DNA from: Hyaloraphidium curvatum SAG 235-1
Taxonomy: Eukaryota > Fungi > Monoblepharomycota
Direction of reading: 5' to 3'
Assembly: GCA_025558095.1 (NCBI GenBank)
Contig: JAIVFI010000007.1
Span: 124,001 to 188,000, forward strand
DNA: 64,000 bases
Below, in pieces: positions 11,464-23,266 of this stretch. The notes beneath the pieces were generated by a model. The model was given only the letters and a program-made list of their open reading frames with translations. It had not been told where the DNA came from and did no database searches. The stretch's first letter is position 1. Every line of letters begins with the position of its first letter. A program made the translations under genes and the position numbers.

Positions 11464-11850
11464 TTGGTGGACACTGGCGAACCATTGGACGACTCCGAAG
11501 CCCAGTTCTGGCGGAAACTTTCACCCGAGCTTCCCTCGCTCTGGGTGGAGACCTTTTCCGACGATATCAACGTCAAGCAACGCATCGCTCGAACGATCCG
11601 CCCTGGGGTCGCTGACCCCAAGCTCGGAAACACAGATAGGTTGTTCGAGTACGAGAGATCAATCATCCTCAACGACGCTGCTGACTTCCATGGCAACGAG
11701 TTAGTGTGCCAGGATATCAGGATGCGTTTTCGAATCAAGATGGACCGACCGTTCATTCGCACTCGGCAAGTAAACGCGGAGAGATTCGCCGCGGACTTTT
11801 CGGATTCCATCCTTCACGATTGGGATCACTATCGAATCTCGGCGCAGTAA
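11464..11850 (+). CDS. Hypothetical protein or gene fragment
   Basis: 128-codon frame with globular-protein composition; no ATG start; unknown family. Confidence 0.3.
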   Translation: MVDTGEPLDDSEAQFWRKLSPELPSLWVETFSDDINVKQRIARTIRPGVADPKLGNTDRLFEYERSIILNDAADFHGNELVCQDIRMRFRIKMDRPFIRTRQVNAERFAADFSDSILHDWDHYRISAQ

Positions 11851-12002
11851 ACTGGCTCGCGGCCTTTTCGGCTCAACCAAAACCGAGAGCCAGGAGCCTC
11901 TGCGCCAGCTTGGGGCGGCCGTTGGAGGCCGGACCATGTGCTACGTACCAGCCGTACGGACTCCGAGCGCCCGACCTGCGCAACGTTGTCGGGCCTGCTG
12001 CG

Positions 12003-13593
12003 TCACTGCACGGTACAGAACACCTCGAGCGTCAGCGCAATCCCCATGGCCCTCGCGATGCTCCACACCCCCACGGCAAGCGTGAAGGCCGTCACCACGA
12101 CGGTTCGCAACCGTCGCGGTTGCCTCCGCATCCGGGCGCGACGCGGCATCGCACGCCACCTCGCGGAGCCGCATACGCGCGTCGTGGTAGAGCCGGGCGA
12201 CAGCTTCGAGGACCGCGTTGCTGCCGGCGAGGTTGACGAGGTTGATGACGAAGAACAGGAGGTACGTGGCGGCAACCGCAAGGAGCCACGAGGGGACACA
12301 GGAGCCTGCGGCCTGGAGCGGGAGTCAGTGCCGTGTTGCTGCGCGGCGCACGGTGCGCACCATCGATATGACGAAGCCGAGGACGATGGGCGGAATGCCG
12401 AAGTAGAGACTGCTGCGGGCTAGAAATCCCATGTCCTGACTGTCCCAGAACAGCCATGCCGAGGCCATTTGAACGTGCAGCCGCCTGTAAAGAGGCCGGT
12501 CTGCGTCGCCAAAGGCTGCCTTCCGATCAGGGGCTGGGATAGGGGGTGCGGCGAGCGCCGCATCCAGCCAGCCAAACAGGTCGCGGAAGGCGATCGTGAC
12601 CGCACGGTGGTATAGGCGCTCCTCAAGAGACGAAATCGGGAGGATCCGTATCCAGTTGACACGATCGATTCCGTTGAGCCCATACGCTGCGATTGTAACG
12701 CCTGCGGGTGCGTTGCCGAGATATTCCGGTTCAGGAGTACTCCGGGCGGGCGGAATGGCGCACCTACACGCCAGTGTGCCAAGGAGAACGCCCCACCACG
12801 GCGCCCAAAGTTCAGAGGAGTACGTCACGAGCGCCGAGTAGTTGATCAGGAATTGGGCTGCGTACACGACCAGCGTGTTTGTGGCCACGTCCACGACGTT
12901 TGCCGTCGCCCCGCGCAGGACGAGCGCCCCCGCGCACGAGCCGGCCGGGCACGGACAGCGGGGATCGCGCTCCTCGTGTGCGATGAGGGGCGAGTCTGGC
13001 TCTGCACGGCACAGGCGCAACCACCGGGTCATGCGCGCATACGGGTGCAAGTCCAGGGCGTTTGGCGTCGCGGGCTGCAGAAACCAGCCGCGCGGCCCGC
13101 CTGCCGCTGCAGCGCGCCGCGAAAGAAGCACCGCGATGGCGGCCGAGCCGACGACGCCCACGGCGAACAGCGCGAGCGCGGCGAGCCCGCCGGCGACCTG
13201 CCTCGCGCCGAACGCGCCGCTCCCGCGCCCGCCGCCCCACACGGCCGCCAGCGACGCCAGCGCCAGGTCCACCAGGCACAGGGCGGCCATATGCAGCGCC
13301 ACGCTGAGCGGCGACAGGCGCGCGCCCAGCCCCGCGCGGACCAGCGCGCCCAGCAGCGGCGACGCCGCCGCGAGCGTGCGCGCCATCGCGGCGCCCGAGA
13401 GCGGCTCGCGCGCGGCGGCCGCGGGGTCGGCGTGCGCGGCGCCGCCGTCCCCGAAGGGGTCCGGCCGCGGCGCGGCGAACGGCGCGAGCGCGAGCCACTC
13501 GGCCGCGGAGAAGTCGGCGTGCCTCGGCTTGGCCCCGTCCGGACGCGGCCCTCCTGCCGCGTCTCTGCGGCCGGCCGTGCTCTCCAGATCCAT
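12003..13593 (-). pseudogene. Multi-pass membrane protein (about 7 TM); last helix out of frame
   Basis: Several hydrophobic helices; introns near 12690-12750 and 12312-12360; frame switch near 12120 needed to reach LRTVVVTAFTLAVGVWSIARAMG...CTVQ*. Confidence 0.6.
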
Positions 13594-14994
13594 GGCCCGG
13601 CGCTCGCTCGTGCTGGAGACCGCCCGGCTGTCGAACGCACGAAGGGCCGTAGCAAAAGTTGGCGCTTAGAGCGAGCTGGCCACGCGCAGCTTTCGGCCCC
13701 AAAGCTGCCCAGAGCCTCTAGTCCCCGTCTCGGCCTCCAGAGACCCAGCAACGCGTGTCTTGACTCTTTGACGTCGGGTCTGGTGCCGCTGAACCCCCCT
13801 ATTGAGCCGCAAAGGGTTTCCACGGCCTCTCGGGCGCGGGAGCAAAGTTGGCACGTCGCTTGTGCACAGCCAGATTGAGAGGGGCCACGTTCGAGAGTTG
13901 ATCTCGGACACTTTGCGGGATTGAAAACGGATGCCGGGGCGCGGTGGGCTCCAGAGCTTGGAGGTCTCGGTGGGGGACGTTTCAAGCCGGGCCACCGGGA
14001 GACGACGCCAAACGCGGAGGATACGCGGCCGTTGGAGCCAATTGTTGACCGTTGCGAAAAGCTCTGATTGAATTTGGCGAGGAATGGACCCCTGTTGCCC
14101 CCGATGACCGCTGTTCAGCTCGGGAACCAGTCCTGCTGCCGTCGCCGGAGCAGCTGTCTGCAACCTCTTCTTCGGGACCTGGGTTCAACGGCGCACTGGA
14201 GCCGGTGGCAGTGACGTATATCGTCCCTCCAGGGAGGTGTATTGCGTCATGATGGCCACCGTTGGAACATTATGGCATTTGACATGTGTCGGTACTTTCG
14301 AACTTCTCATTGACGCTGCTGACTAGCTGGAAGACCATTTGGGGAGACTGTGTCCTAATCGATGAAGCGCGCTCTGATCATGGTCCCCGACGTCCGGCCA
14401 TGAACGGCAAGAATCCATCTTGCTTTCATCGCTCCTTTGAATGGCTCGATCTAGTTTGTGCTGAAGAAGGCGCTGGAGATTCAGAACGAGTTTTGGTCGC
14501 AAACGCGGGCGCGACGAATCATCGATCCTGCTTCAGTCGCACCTCCTCCTCGACCGCAAAGGCCTCAGCCGCGGCTCCAACGGGCGCGGAAGAGCTCGCC
14601 TGCTATCCCGAGGCGCGTTTCCGCCCGTCGCCGCTGTCGGACTCCTCTGCCTCGTCCTCCTCCCCAGCTAGGTCTCGCGCGACAGTCAGGGCATGGGGGG
14701 TGCTCCGCGCTTCCACGACGCCCGCCGCCTCGTAGCCCTTCGCGTGGCAGAAACACGCGAAACGTTTTCACACCAAGGTGGGAAAGGCGCGGAGTCGGAC
14801 GCCAGCGCCGCTGACATTCGTCCCGTCGTCTTTTTCCCACGAGACGGTGCCCGGCCGCGAGGAGCCTTGAGCTTTTCCTTTCCTTCACTCGATTTGATCC
14901 AATTGCTCTGATCTTCCGAACTCGGACGACGACGTGGGCGGCCGGGGCCTCTGATCGGCGGCGAGCTGCTCATCCAAGTCCATCTGACTCTGGT

Positions 14995-15718
14995 CTTGCT
15001 CACAGAACGCCTCTCCCGTTCGCCGTTTTCGGCTCTCGGCAAATCGGCACGATCTTTTCTACAGCTAGCTGTATCCCAGGGCACCCCGAAGCCGATCTTG
15101 AGGTGTGGGGTCAGCCGGATCGTGCCGGTGGTTCTGCCCAGACGTGACACCGCAGTTGTTTCGGAACCCCACAGATTCGCAGCAACGATCCTCGATGCGA
15201 TCGAAGAGGCGCCACATGAACGCGAGAGGCATGTGCGCGAGGACGGACGGACAGAGTGGGCGGGAGTCGACGGGCTTCGCAGGTGGGGAGCTTTGGCGCT
15301 GGTCGAGGGGGAACTCCGCGACCATGTAGGCCTAGATGAGGACCGTCCCCACAGATTTTCGACAGCTCGAGGAGATCCCGAAGTTGAACGCGGCTCGGGG
15401 AGGGGATTGGGCCTAGCGGCGACTGTGTGAGAGGTGGGCAGGACTACCGGCATGCATGTCCGGTTCGGATCGGCCTAGCGAATCCTGGAATGATCTTTCC
15501 CCACAGGGCGCTGGTTCCGTCGGCGACGGACCTGCGGAAGCGGTGACCACTTGGAGCAAGCGGACCGAGTCGGCGCGGAGACGAGCGTGCTACAGCTCCT
15601 CGCCCTCCGGACTTCTCGGGAAACGAATAGGTAGGCTCGAATCGTTTGCACCGCTCCATTCTAGTGCTGACCGACGCCTCCGCCATTTGGGATCGCCCTC
15701 CTTGCCGCACTGGGGGCC
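14995..15718 (+). repeat. Diverged repeat of about 700 bp, copy 2
   Basis: Same blocks, order and orientation as 10670-11370. Confidence 0.9.
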
Positions 15719-16500
15719 CGTCCCTCAAATTCCCGTTGCCGTTGCGCTGTGCCCCTCGCCGACCCTTCAGCACCGCCGGCCCGATTTCCCTTCACCACGA
15801 GCATCAAACGGGTCGCAAGAGACCGTGGCCACCGTCGGAAAAGCTTCCGGGGGTTTTGGGTCGGTGTCCCTGTGGGAGGTTCTGGCGCGGTGAGTCGCCT
15901 TCAGGGACGTGCCTGCTGGACACGGGGTTGACCGAATCCCGCCAGATGGGATCCGAATCGAGCTCATGGGACGACGTGCAGCATCTGGACGCCTGGATCT
16001 GCTCGGTCGGGCCTTTTCTTCGGGAGCTTCGAACGTTCGGCAGTCGGGCCTGGGCGGAGCTCACCAGCCCCCAGCCAGGTCAGCGCTGCCCCATCTGGCG
16101 CAGTGACATTTTCCTTCCCGCGCTCGCCGAGGGGTCTGCGACACCGGCGCCGGACCGCCGCCGCCGTCTGCGTGCTCGGACGGCCCCAACGGTCGAGCAG
16201 CCGGGCGCCAGGCCGGGACGCCGCCGCGGATCCGCTGCGGAATCGTCCCGCCGGAAGGGCCCCCACGCCGTGCAGCAGGGCGCGCCCGCCGCGCCGCGCC
16301 CGACGCCCGCCGCACGCGGCACGCCGCCTGAGACTCCCGCGATGGCCGGCGACCGCGCCCGGCGCCCCCGCGGCCGGGCGGCACCGCCCGCCGCCGTCCC
16401 CTGCCCCGCCTGCCCGCCCCCATCGCCCGGCCGCGCGCACGCCGCCGGCCCGCGCACCGTGCGGATCGCCCGCCGGGGCCCGATCCGGCTCGGCGCCGCG

Positions 16501-19018
16501 ATGGCCGCCGCCGCCGCCCTCGCCCTGCCGGCGCTGCTGCTCGGCTTCCTCGGCTCAGCAGCGGCAGTCGACCTCCGCATCGCGGCGCTGCTGCCCGACC
16601 AGAACCCCTTCTACGACGCCATGTACGAGATGATGGACATGACCGTCAGGGAGGAGCAGGGGAACGGCATCCTGGCCACCCACAACTTCGGCCTCGAGTA
16701 CACCATCTACGAGTTCGACCAGGGCTACCTCGAGAGCGACATCAACACCTTTGCCAACAACTCGGTCGTCGGCTTCGTCGGTGCGTTGCGCTCGCAGACC
16801 GGGGCCCGGTTTCGCCGCCTCTGCTGACCGTCTTCCCCCCATTCAGGCCCCAACTGGTCCAACGACACCGCCCTCGCCCTAAGCGTCGCGGTCAACCAAT
16901 CCATCCCCGTGTGCGACGGCGGTGCGACCGCCATGTTCTCCGGGTACCCCCAGTTCTTCCGCACCATCCCCTCGGACGTGCAGGCCGCCGCCGGCGCGCT
17001 CAGCTTCGTGCAGAGCAAGAACTGGGGCGCCGCGGTTCTCATCACCACCACCGATGCCTACGGCACCTCGATGGCGGCCTCGTACGAGGCCGCGAGGCAG
17101 CAGTCGGGCAGCCCGGTGCGCGTCGTGGGCCCGTTCTACTTTGACCCCGTCACGCCCTTCGACGAGTCGCTGGGCCAGATGCCGACCGTGGAGGGCACGG
17201 TCGGATGCAGCAACATCGTCAATGCGGTTAAGTCCACGGGCGTGCAGATCGTGCTGTTCGCGGTCGATGCCTTCCAGATGTTCTCGTGCTTCCCGCACCT
17301 CGAAAGGGCGGGCATGCTCACCCGCGACTACGTCTACATCACGCACGATGCGGGCACCGAGTACTACTGGCGTTTCGGTGGGCATTTGATACCGCTCCCG
17401 CTTCGCGCAGCCGGCCTGACCTTGCTTTGCAGGCGAAGCCGACACCCAGAGGTACGCCAACTCGATCGTCATGCTCTACCCCAAGGACCAGATCCCCGGG
17501 GCCGGCCTCGACGCCTTTAGGCAGACCTGGGACTCGTTTAACGAGGGGCAGTACCCCACCCTCGCGGCCTCCCGCGCCGCAGGCGTGATTCCGCCCTACC
17601 TGCTTTACGTGCGCGACTGCGTGCGCATGTTCATGCGTGGGTTCGACAAGGCCATCGGCAACGACGCCGCGCGCGCCGACGAGCTCGCGAAAGGTGCCAA
17701 CGGCGCGCTCCTGCGCACCCTCGACGCGCAGTCCTTCTCCTTCCCGGACGTTCCCACTGCGACGGGCCGCCTCGTCCCGGCCACGGACTCCACCGCCCGC
17801 GACTACGACCTCGCCTACGGGTGGGACGGCGCCTGGGTGCCCTTCGCCACGTGGAAGGGTGGGCAGCAGTTCACCATCGCCCAGGCCAACCGGTACCGGG
17901 ACGGCTCGACGACCCCGCCCTCGGGCGGCGCCGTCCCCGGCGGCGGCTCCTCCTCGGGCGGCCTCACGCCCCTGGGCATCGGGCTGATCGTCTGCGCGGT
18001 GCTCGCGGTCGCGCTGCTGGCCGTGCTGGGGTGGTACCTGTATCGCCTGCGCAAGCTCAGGGAGGAGCAGAAGGCCCTGGTCGAGGCCAGGCAGCTGCTC
18101 GTGACGTGGTCCAGCAGCCCGCACAACACGCAGCTGGTCAGGCAGCTGACCGTCAACCAGGGGGGCAGGCCCAACGACGACGACGAGGACGGGATGGAGG
18201 AGTCGCCGACGTCCGAGATGCAGGCGGTGCCGTACAAGAGTGCGGGCGACAAGGCGGCCGAGCTGCTCGGCGTCTCGTCCTTCTCGGCACCCCCCGCCGC
18301 ATCCTCGTCGTTCGCCGCCAAGCCCGCGCCGGCACCCGCCGCGCTCGACGCCACCGTTGCGGCGGCCAGCTTCTCCGCGCCCTCGGCGCCGCCGACACCC
18401 GCCCCTATCGCCGAGCCGGCGCCGGCCGCGCTGCCCGACCGCAGCGTGACCGTCTCCTCGCGCGTCATCTCTCCCCCTGTGCCCCCTTCGCCCGCGCCGC
18501 CGCCGAGTGCCGCCGGCTCTCGCAGGAAGAAGAAGAAGAAGCCGACGCCGGAGGACGCGATCGACTCGTACCTCGACGAGGCCGACTACGGCATCTCGCC
18601 CTCGGCGAGCACCGAGACGCTCGCCGCCGACGCCGAGCCCGAGCCCGAGTACACCCCGCGGCTGTCCAAGCGGGCGCGCGCGCAGGCCGAGGCGCTGGCG
18701 GCGCTGCAGGCCGCCGAGGCCGAGGCGGACCTGCCCAGGGCCGCAGAGGCCACCATCCCGGCGCCCACGGTCGCGGCGCCCGCTCCGGTGGAGACTGCGG
18801 CGCCGATGCCGCCGGCGCCGGTTCCTGCCGCTTCGGTCACCGTGCCCGCCGACACCGTCGTTGCCTCCTCCTCCTCCTCGGCCAAGCCCGCGGGCGACGA
18901 GGCGGCGGTCGCCGCTGCCGCCGTGGCCGCGGCGCCGGCGCCCAAGGGCGGCTTCTCCAAGATGATGACGCTGGTGACGAGCAGGGGCGTGCGGAAAAAG
19001 CCGGTGGTCATGGAGTGA
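16501..19018 (+). CDS. Type I membrane receptor-like protein: signal peptide, periplasmic-binding-protein type 1 (ANF-receptor/Venus flytrap) domain, one TM, Ala/Pro-rich tail
   Basis: VVGFV|GPNWS, YPQFFRTIPSD, NWGAAVLITTTDAYG; TM LGIGLIVCAVLAVALLAVLGWYLY; two introns. Confidence 0.8.
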
Positions 19019-19256
19019 TCGGCAGCGACGGGTTCAGGGGAATGCCTTCATTCTGATATCTGAGGATCATTATGCGCCGGACCGGATAGGACGGGCGCTA
19101 GACTGCGGGTTGTAAGCTATGGTCTTGAAGATTCGCGTTTGCAGTACAAGAAGCCTGTCCGAGACGGTCCGGGAATCTGGCGAGGAGGGAAAGTCTGCGC
19201 AGAACGCACCTTCGATCAGCCCCAACCGGAGATGACCGAAGGTTGTGTCCCCTCGC

Positions 19257-21250
19257 CTAGGCAGCAGCGGCCGAAGGGACGGCCTCCTCCGTGCCTGCGG
19301 CCTTGCGCGCGAACATGCTCTGCCCGCGCTCGCGGCCGAACTCGGTGGTGATGACGCACTTCACACAGCTGCGCGGATCCTCAATCAGCGCCAGACGGCC
19401 ATGTAGCGGGAATGAAACCCACCCGTTCGACTTGTCGTCGAACATCTTGTACGCCTTGGGCGCGTCCTCGAGGTTCATGCAGGGGTGGGTGATAATGACG
19501 GTGGGGTCGATCTCGCCGCGCTCGATCACCTGTGGAAGAAGACGACGGCCAATTAGAGCCCAGAAGCCTGATTGTATCGCGTTCCGCCCACCTTGAGCAG
19601 GTCCTTCCAGTAGCGCTGGACGGGGGCCTGGCCGCCGCGGATAATGAGGCCCTTCTCCATGACCGCACCTGTGAGGCCAGATGGAACAGACGAGGGTGGT
19701 CAGTTGCCGCGAAACCATCCACCGCCGAAATCCGGGTCTCGCCGATGTTAAAGGCGTTGGTGTAGCCGATGTAGTCCGCGATCAGGCTGACGTGGCCGCC
19801 CTTGCGGACGACCTTGATGGCCTTGTTGAGGACGTCGGAGGAATCGGTCTCGAGCATGAGGTTGAGCTGTAGGCAAGGGCATCCAAGAATCGACGTCACC
19901 GTTGTTACAACCGTGACCGACTCCAGCGTGGCCCGCCCACCTGTATCTTGGAGCTCCAGTTTAGGGCGTACCGGAACCCCGTGGCGTCGATCACGCTGTC
20001 CGGTTCCCCCGGGTAGATCTCCCTGAACCTGGCCACGACGTCCTTGTGCTCCTTGATGTCCACCGTTTCGGCGCCGCACTTTTCGCGGGCCATGGCCAGC
20101 CGCTCCGGCACCGACTCGACGACGATCACCCGCGCGGCCTTCTTCCACTTGCACCAGAGCGCGGTCATGAGGCCGATCGGGCCGGCGCCAAAGATGGCGA
20201 CGGTGTCGCCGGGCTGGACGTCGGCCATCTCGGTGGCGTGGAAGGCGGTCGGGACCCTGTGGGTTGCGTGGGAATCAGATCTTGCGGCTCTTTTGGATGG
20301 CCTGACTTCGCAACAGCAACCCACACGTCCGAAAGCAGGACGACCTGTGGGTGCGGAAGTGGTACCGTAATGCTACCCCGTCAGCAAACTCTGGCAAGCA
20401 TTCCGGCCCTCGAGCGACCCACCTGCTCGTCCTTGAGGTGGTCCGGGATCGGCAGCAGCGCGACGTCGGCGAACGGCACGCGGTTGTATTCGGCCTGCCC
20501 GCCCTGGTACCCTCCGAGCATGTGCGTGCTGGATCGCCATGGCGTCACATCGTTCGTTCAGCAAGCGGAGCGGTGGAGCTCACTAGCCGTAGATTCCTGG
20601 GAGGTGGACGATTGATCAGCGGATGCAAATATGGATATCGTTGTGCGACCCACCAGCAGTACGGTGCCCGTACATCTTCTCCATGAGCTCCGAGTCGTTG
20701 GTCTGTGAGATGGACGAACGCCGAGGAGGAATCCAATCAGATCAGATTCTCCAGCGTTGCCGCGCAACCCACCGTGTCGCACAGCGTGAACTCTCCCTTC
20801 CGGCAAAACTTGCACGTCCCATCGGCGATCGGAAACGCGACGACGACCTCATTCCCGGCTTGATCTTCTCAACCTCCTCGCCCACGGCCTCCACAATCCC
20901 CATGAACTCGTGCCCCAGCGTGTCGCCCTTGACCATCCCCGAGACCATGTTGTTGTAGAGGTGTAGGTCCGACCCGCAGATGGCCGTCTGGGTGATGCGC
21001 ACGACGGTGTCCTTGGGGTGCGTGACCATCGGCACGGGGCGGGAGGCGACGTCGACGCTGCGGGTGCCGAGCCATTCCACGGCCTTCATGGTGCGGTTGG
21101 GGTCGGTCTTGGGGACAACGGGGATCGAGGGGACGGGGGTGGTCTGGTCGGCCTTGCGGGCCGTGGCTGCGGGCGCGGTACCGTGTGAGCCGGCTGCGCT
21201 CGCGGGCGGCTACACGGCGAACCTTTGGTAAAGATCATACTGTCCGTCAT
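19257..21250 (-). CDS. Formaldehyde-dehydrogenase-like Zn MDR (YbdR/AdhB type), many introns, 1-nt frameshift near 20848
   Basis: ICGSDLHLY, LGHEFMG, CKFC...C, GGQAEY.RVP, IFGAGPIG, RGGQAPVQRYW. Confidence 0.88.
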
Positions 21251-21410
21251 CGTGTCGTGCGCGAGCGAGGTTGGCCGCGGTGCCGCGGTGGTTGGAATCG
21301 GCGACGCGAGTGGTGACGTGGCCTCGGGATCACAAAGCCCGTCCCGCTTCATCTGCGAACCGAACTCCGAGCGAGCTTTCCTCTCAGTCACAAGTGCGCT
21401 TTCTAAGACC

Positions 21411-21806
21411 ATGGCTTCCAACACCACCATGCCCTCCTCCAAGAAGGTTGCCGATGCCGTCTTCGAGGCCGCCGCGCGGGACCAGGTCCTCGTCGTCGGC
21501 GCGAGCTGGTGCGAACACACCCTCGGCGCCCGCAGCTGCTCGACGAGATGGGGGTGGCCCATGCGGACGTAGATATCGATCGATACGGTGCACCTTGGAC
21601 ATCTCGCGCGGGACGGACTCGAACTGATCTGCTTCGCAGACGATACGGACGGGATTAAGGACCTCCTTGGTGCAAAGACCGGGGGACACCACACTACGCC
21701 CTGGGTCTTCATCCGCGGCGAATTCATGGGCGGGGAGTCCGAGCTGAAGGCCGCGGCGGAGGAGGGGAGGCTGGCGGACCTGGTTGCCCCGGCCGTGGCT
21801 TCTTGA
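21411..21806 (+). CDS. Glutaredoxin-like protein (WCEHT active site), 1 intron, 1-nt frameshift near 21533
   Basis: VLVVGASWCEHT, TTPWVFIRGEFMGG. Confidence 0.8.
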
Positions 21807-21842
21807 TCGGAGGTGCTGCGACTGCTGCATCTTGGCGGAATC

Positions 21843-23093
21843 CTACAGTTCCTGGGCAAACGGATCCCAGCCATCTTCGGCCTCGTCCGCTGCCGTCCAG
21901 TCCATCATCTCCAGGTGCCCAGGTCCCGTCGAAACCCACTCGAACATGTCCCCGTCGTCCATGATCGCCAGCCTTTCCATCATCCTGCACCCGGGCCCGG
22001 CCTCCGCGACCGCCCTCGCATGGTCCGCCCAGAGCTGGTCCAGCTGCTGCGGCAGCCACTTCCGATCCTCTTCCCCGACGCAGCGCGAGATCCGGAGCCG
22101 GCGCGGCCCGGGCCGCGGGGGCGGCCTCGCGTGGAAGAAGTGCGCAAAGATGGGGAGGAAGCCCTCGACGGATTTCTCATTGGCCACGGCGTAGTCGAGG
22201 TCCTCGACGGTGCGGAGCTCGTGCAGCGCCCGCCAAAGCCGGTCCGCCTCGGCTTCGACTTCGTGCCCGGGGTGGAAGCACCACGGTTCGAGGATGGAGA
22301 GGCGGCGGAGGGAGGGGAAGACGGCCTGCAGCTCGGCGGCCGAGAAGCGTATCCGCAGGCCCGTGGAGCCGCGGAGGACGAGCTCCCGTGCGGCAAAAGG
22401 GGCGGGGCACGAGGCGCGCGAGATGATGCCCGGCGGCAGCTCGTGAGCTTGGGTGTAGACGGCGAGGTCCAGACGGACGAGGGCGCGGCACGAGCCCGCG
22501 ATGCGGCGCAGCGCGCGCTTCAGGTCGCGAATTTCGCCGGCGTCCGCGGGTGAGGGTTTTCCGAAGCCGTCCGTTCCGGGGGGGATCCTGACCTCGAGCG
22601 AGAGCCGGGCGAGCTGCGGCCACGGTGCCGAAAAGGCGTCGACCACCGCACCGGCGCGAAAGTCCTTGATGCCAGCAATCCGCAATCGCGTCAGCCAGGG
22701 AGCCTGGAAGTCCCGCAAAGACGAGAGCAGCGCCTCCTGCTTCGATGGAGAAAGCGTGCCTGCAAACAGGAGGCGGCACTGGGCAATCCCCCGCGTCCCC
22801 TGCGCATGGGCCGCGAGCGCCGTGTCCCTCGCGAGGCCGATCACTGCCGTGTGTGGCAAATGGCCGATATCGTCCCGGCGAATATGGCAAGCCAGGCCCA
22901 CGTTCTCTCCCGGGATGTACGACGCGTCCAACCTCTGCCACAAGGTTGGGTCGAGCGCCACGGCGGCCAGCGACGTGCACGTCCGGCGAACTTGCAGCAG
23001 CGACCATGCCGACACCCGAACGAAGGACAAGATCCGCAGCAGCAGTTCGTGCGGCAGGGTAGCAAGACCAACCCCATCCGACGCGTCCATCTG
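21843..23093 (-). CDS. F-box protein (possible LRR-like C-terminus)
   Basis: LATLPHELLLRILSFV...VRRTC...DPTLWQRLD. Confidence 0.75.
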   Translation of the reverse strand, partial: QMDASDGVGLATLPHELLLRILSFVRVSAWSLLQVRRTCTSLAAVALDPTLWQRLDASYIPGENVGLACHIRRDDIGHLPHTAVIGLARDTALAAHAQGTRGIAQCRLLFAGTLSPSKQEALLSSLRDFQAPWLTRLRIAGIKDFRAGAVVDAFSAPWPQLARLSLEVRIPPGTDGFGKPSPADAGEIRDLKRALRRIAGSCRALVRLDLAVYTQAHELPPGIISRASCPAPFAARELVLRGSTGLRIRFSAAELQAVFPSLRRLSILEPWCFHPGHEVEAEADRLWRALHELRTVEDLDYAVANEKSVEGFLPIFAHFFHARPPPRPGPRRLRISRCVGEEDRKWLPQQLDQLWADHARAVAEAGPGCRMMERLAIMDDGDMFEWVSTGPGHLEMMDWTAADEAEDGWDPFAQEL

Positions 23094-23266
23094 CGCGTCC
23101 GCCCGCGACGGCGGCCTCGCCCGCACCCTCTAACAAACTCCGGAAGTTTAACGCGAATTTAAAGCAGATTCAGAGCATATTAGCGTGGTCAACGAACGCT
23201 CGGGCGCGATCGTCGAACGCAGCGCAACGTGCATGCAGTGGCAAGTTAGGTCGCAAACAAGACACG

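Noticed and set aside
13700-14990. Short ORFs between the membrane gene and repeat copy 2
   Set aside because: No motif or consistent frame; at most decayed sequence
14686-15773. Minus-strand ORF with recurring LWG/PHL motifs as a repeat protein
   Set aside because: These are reverse complements of plus-strand splice-like CCCACAG/AGGTGGG sites; no codon bias; frame not kept in copy 1
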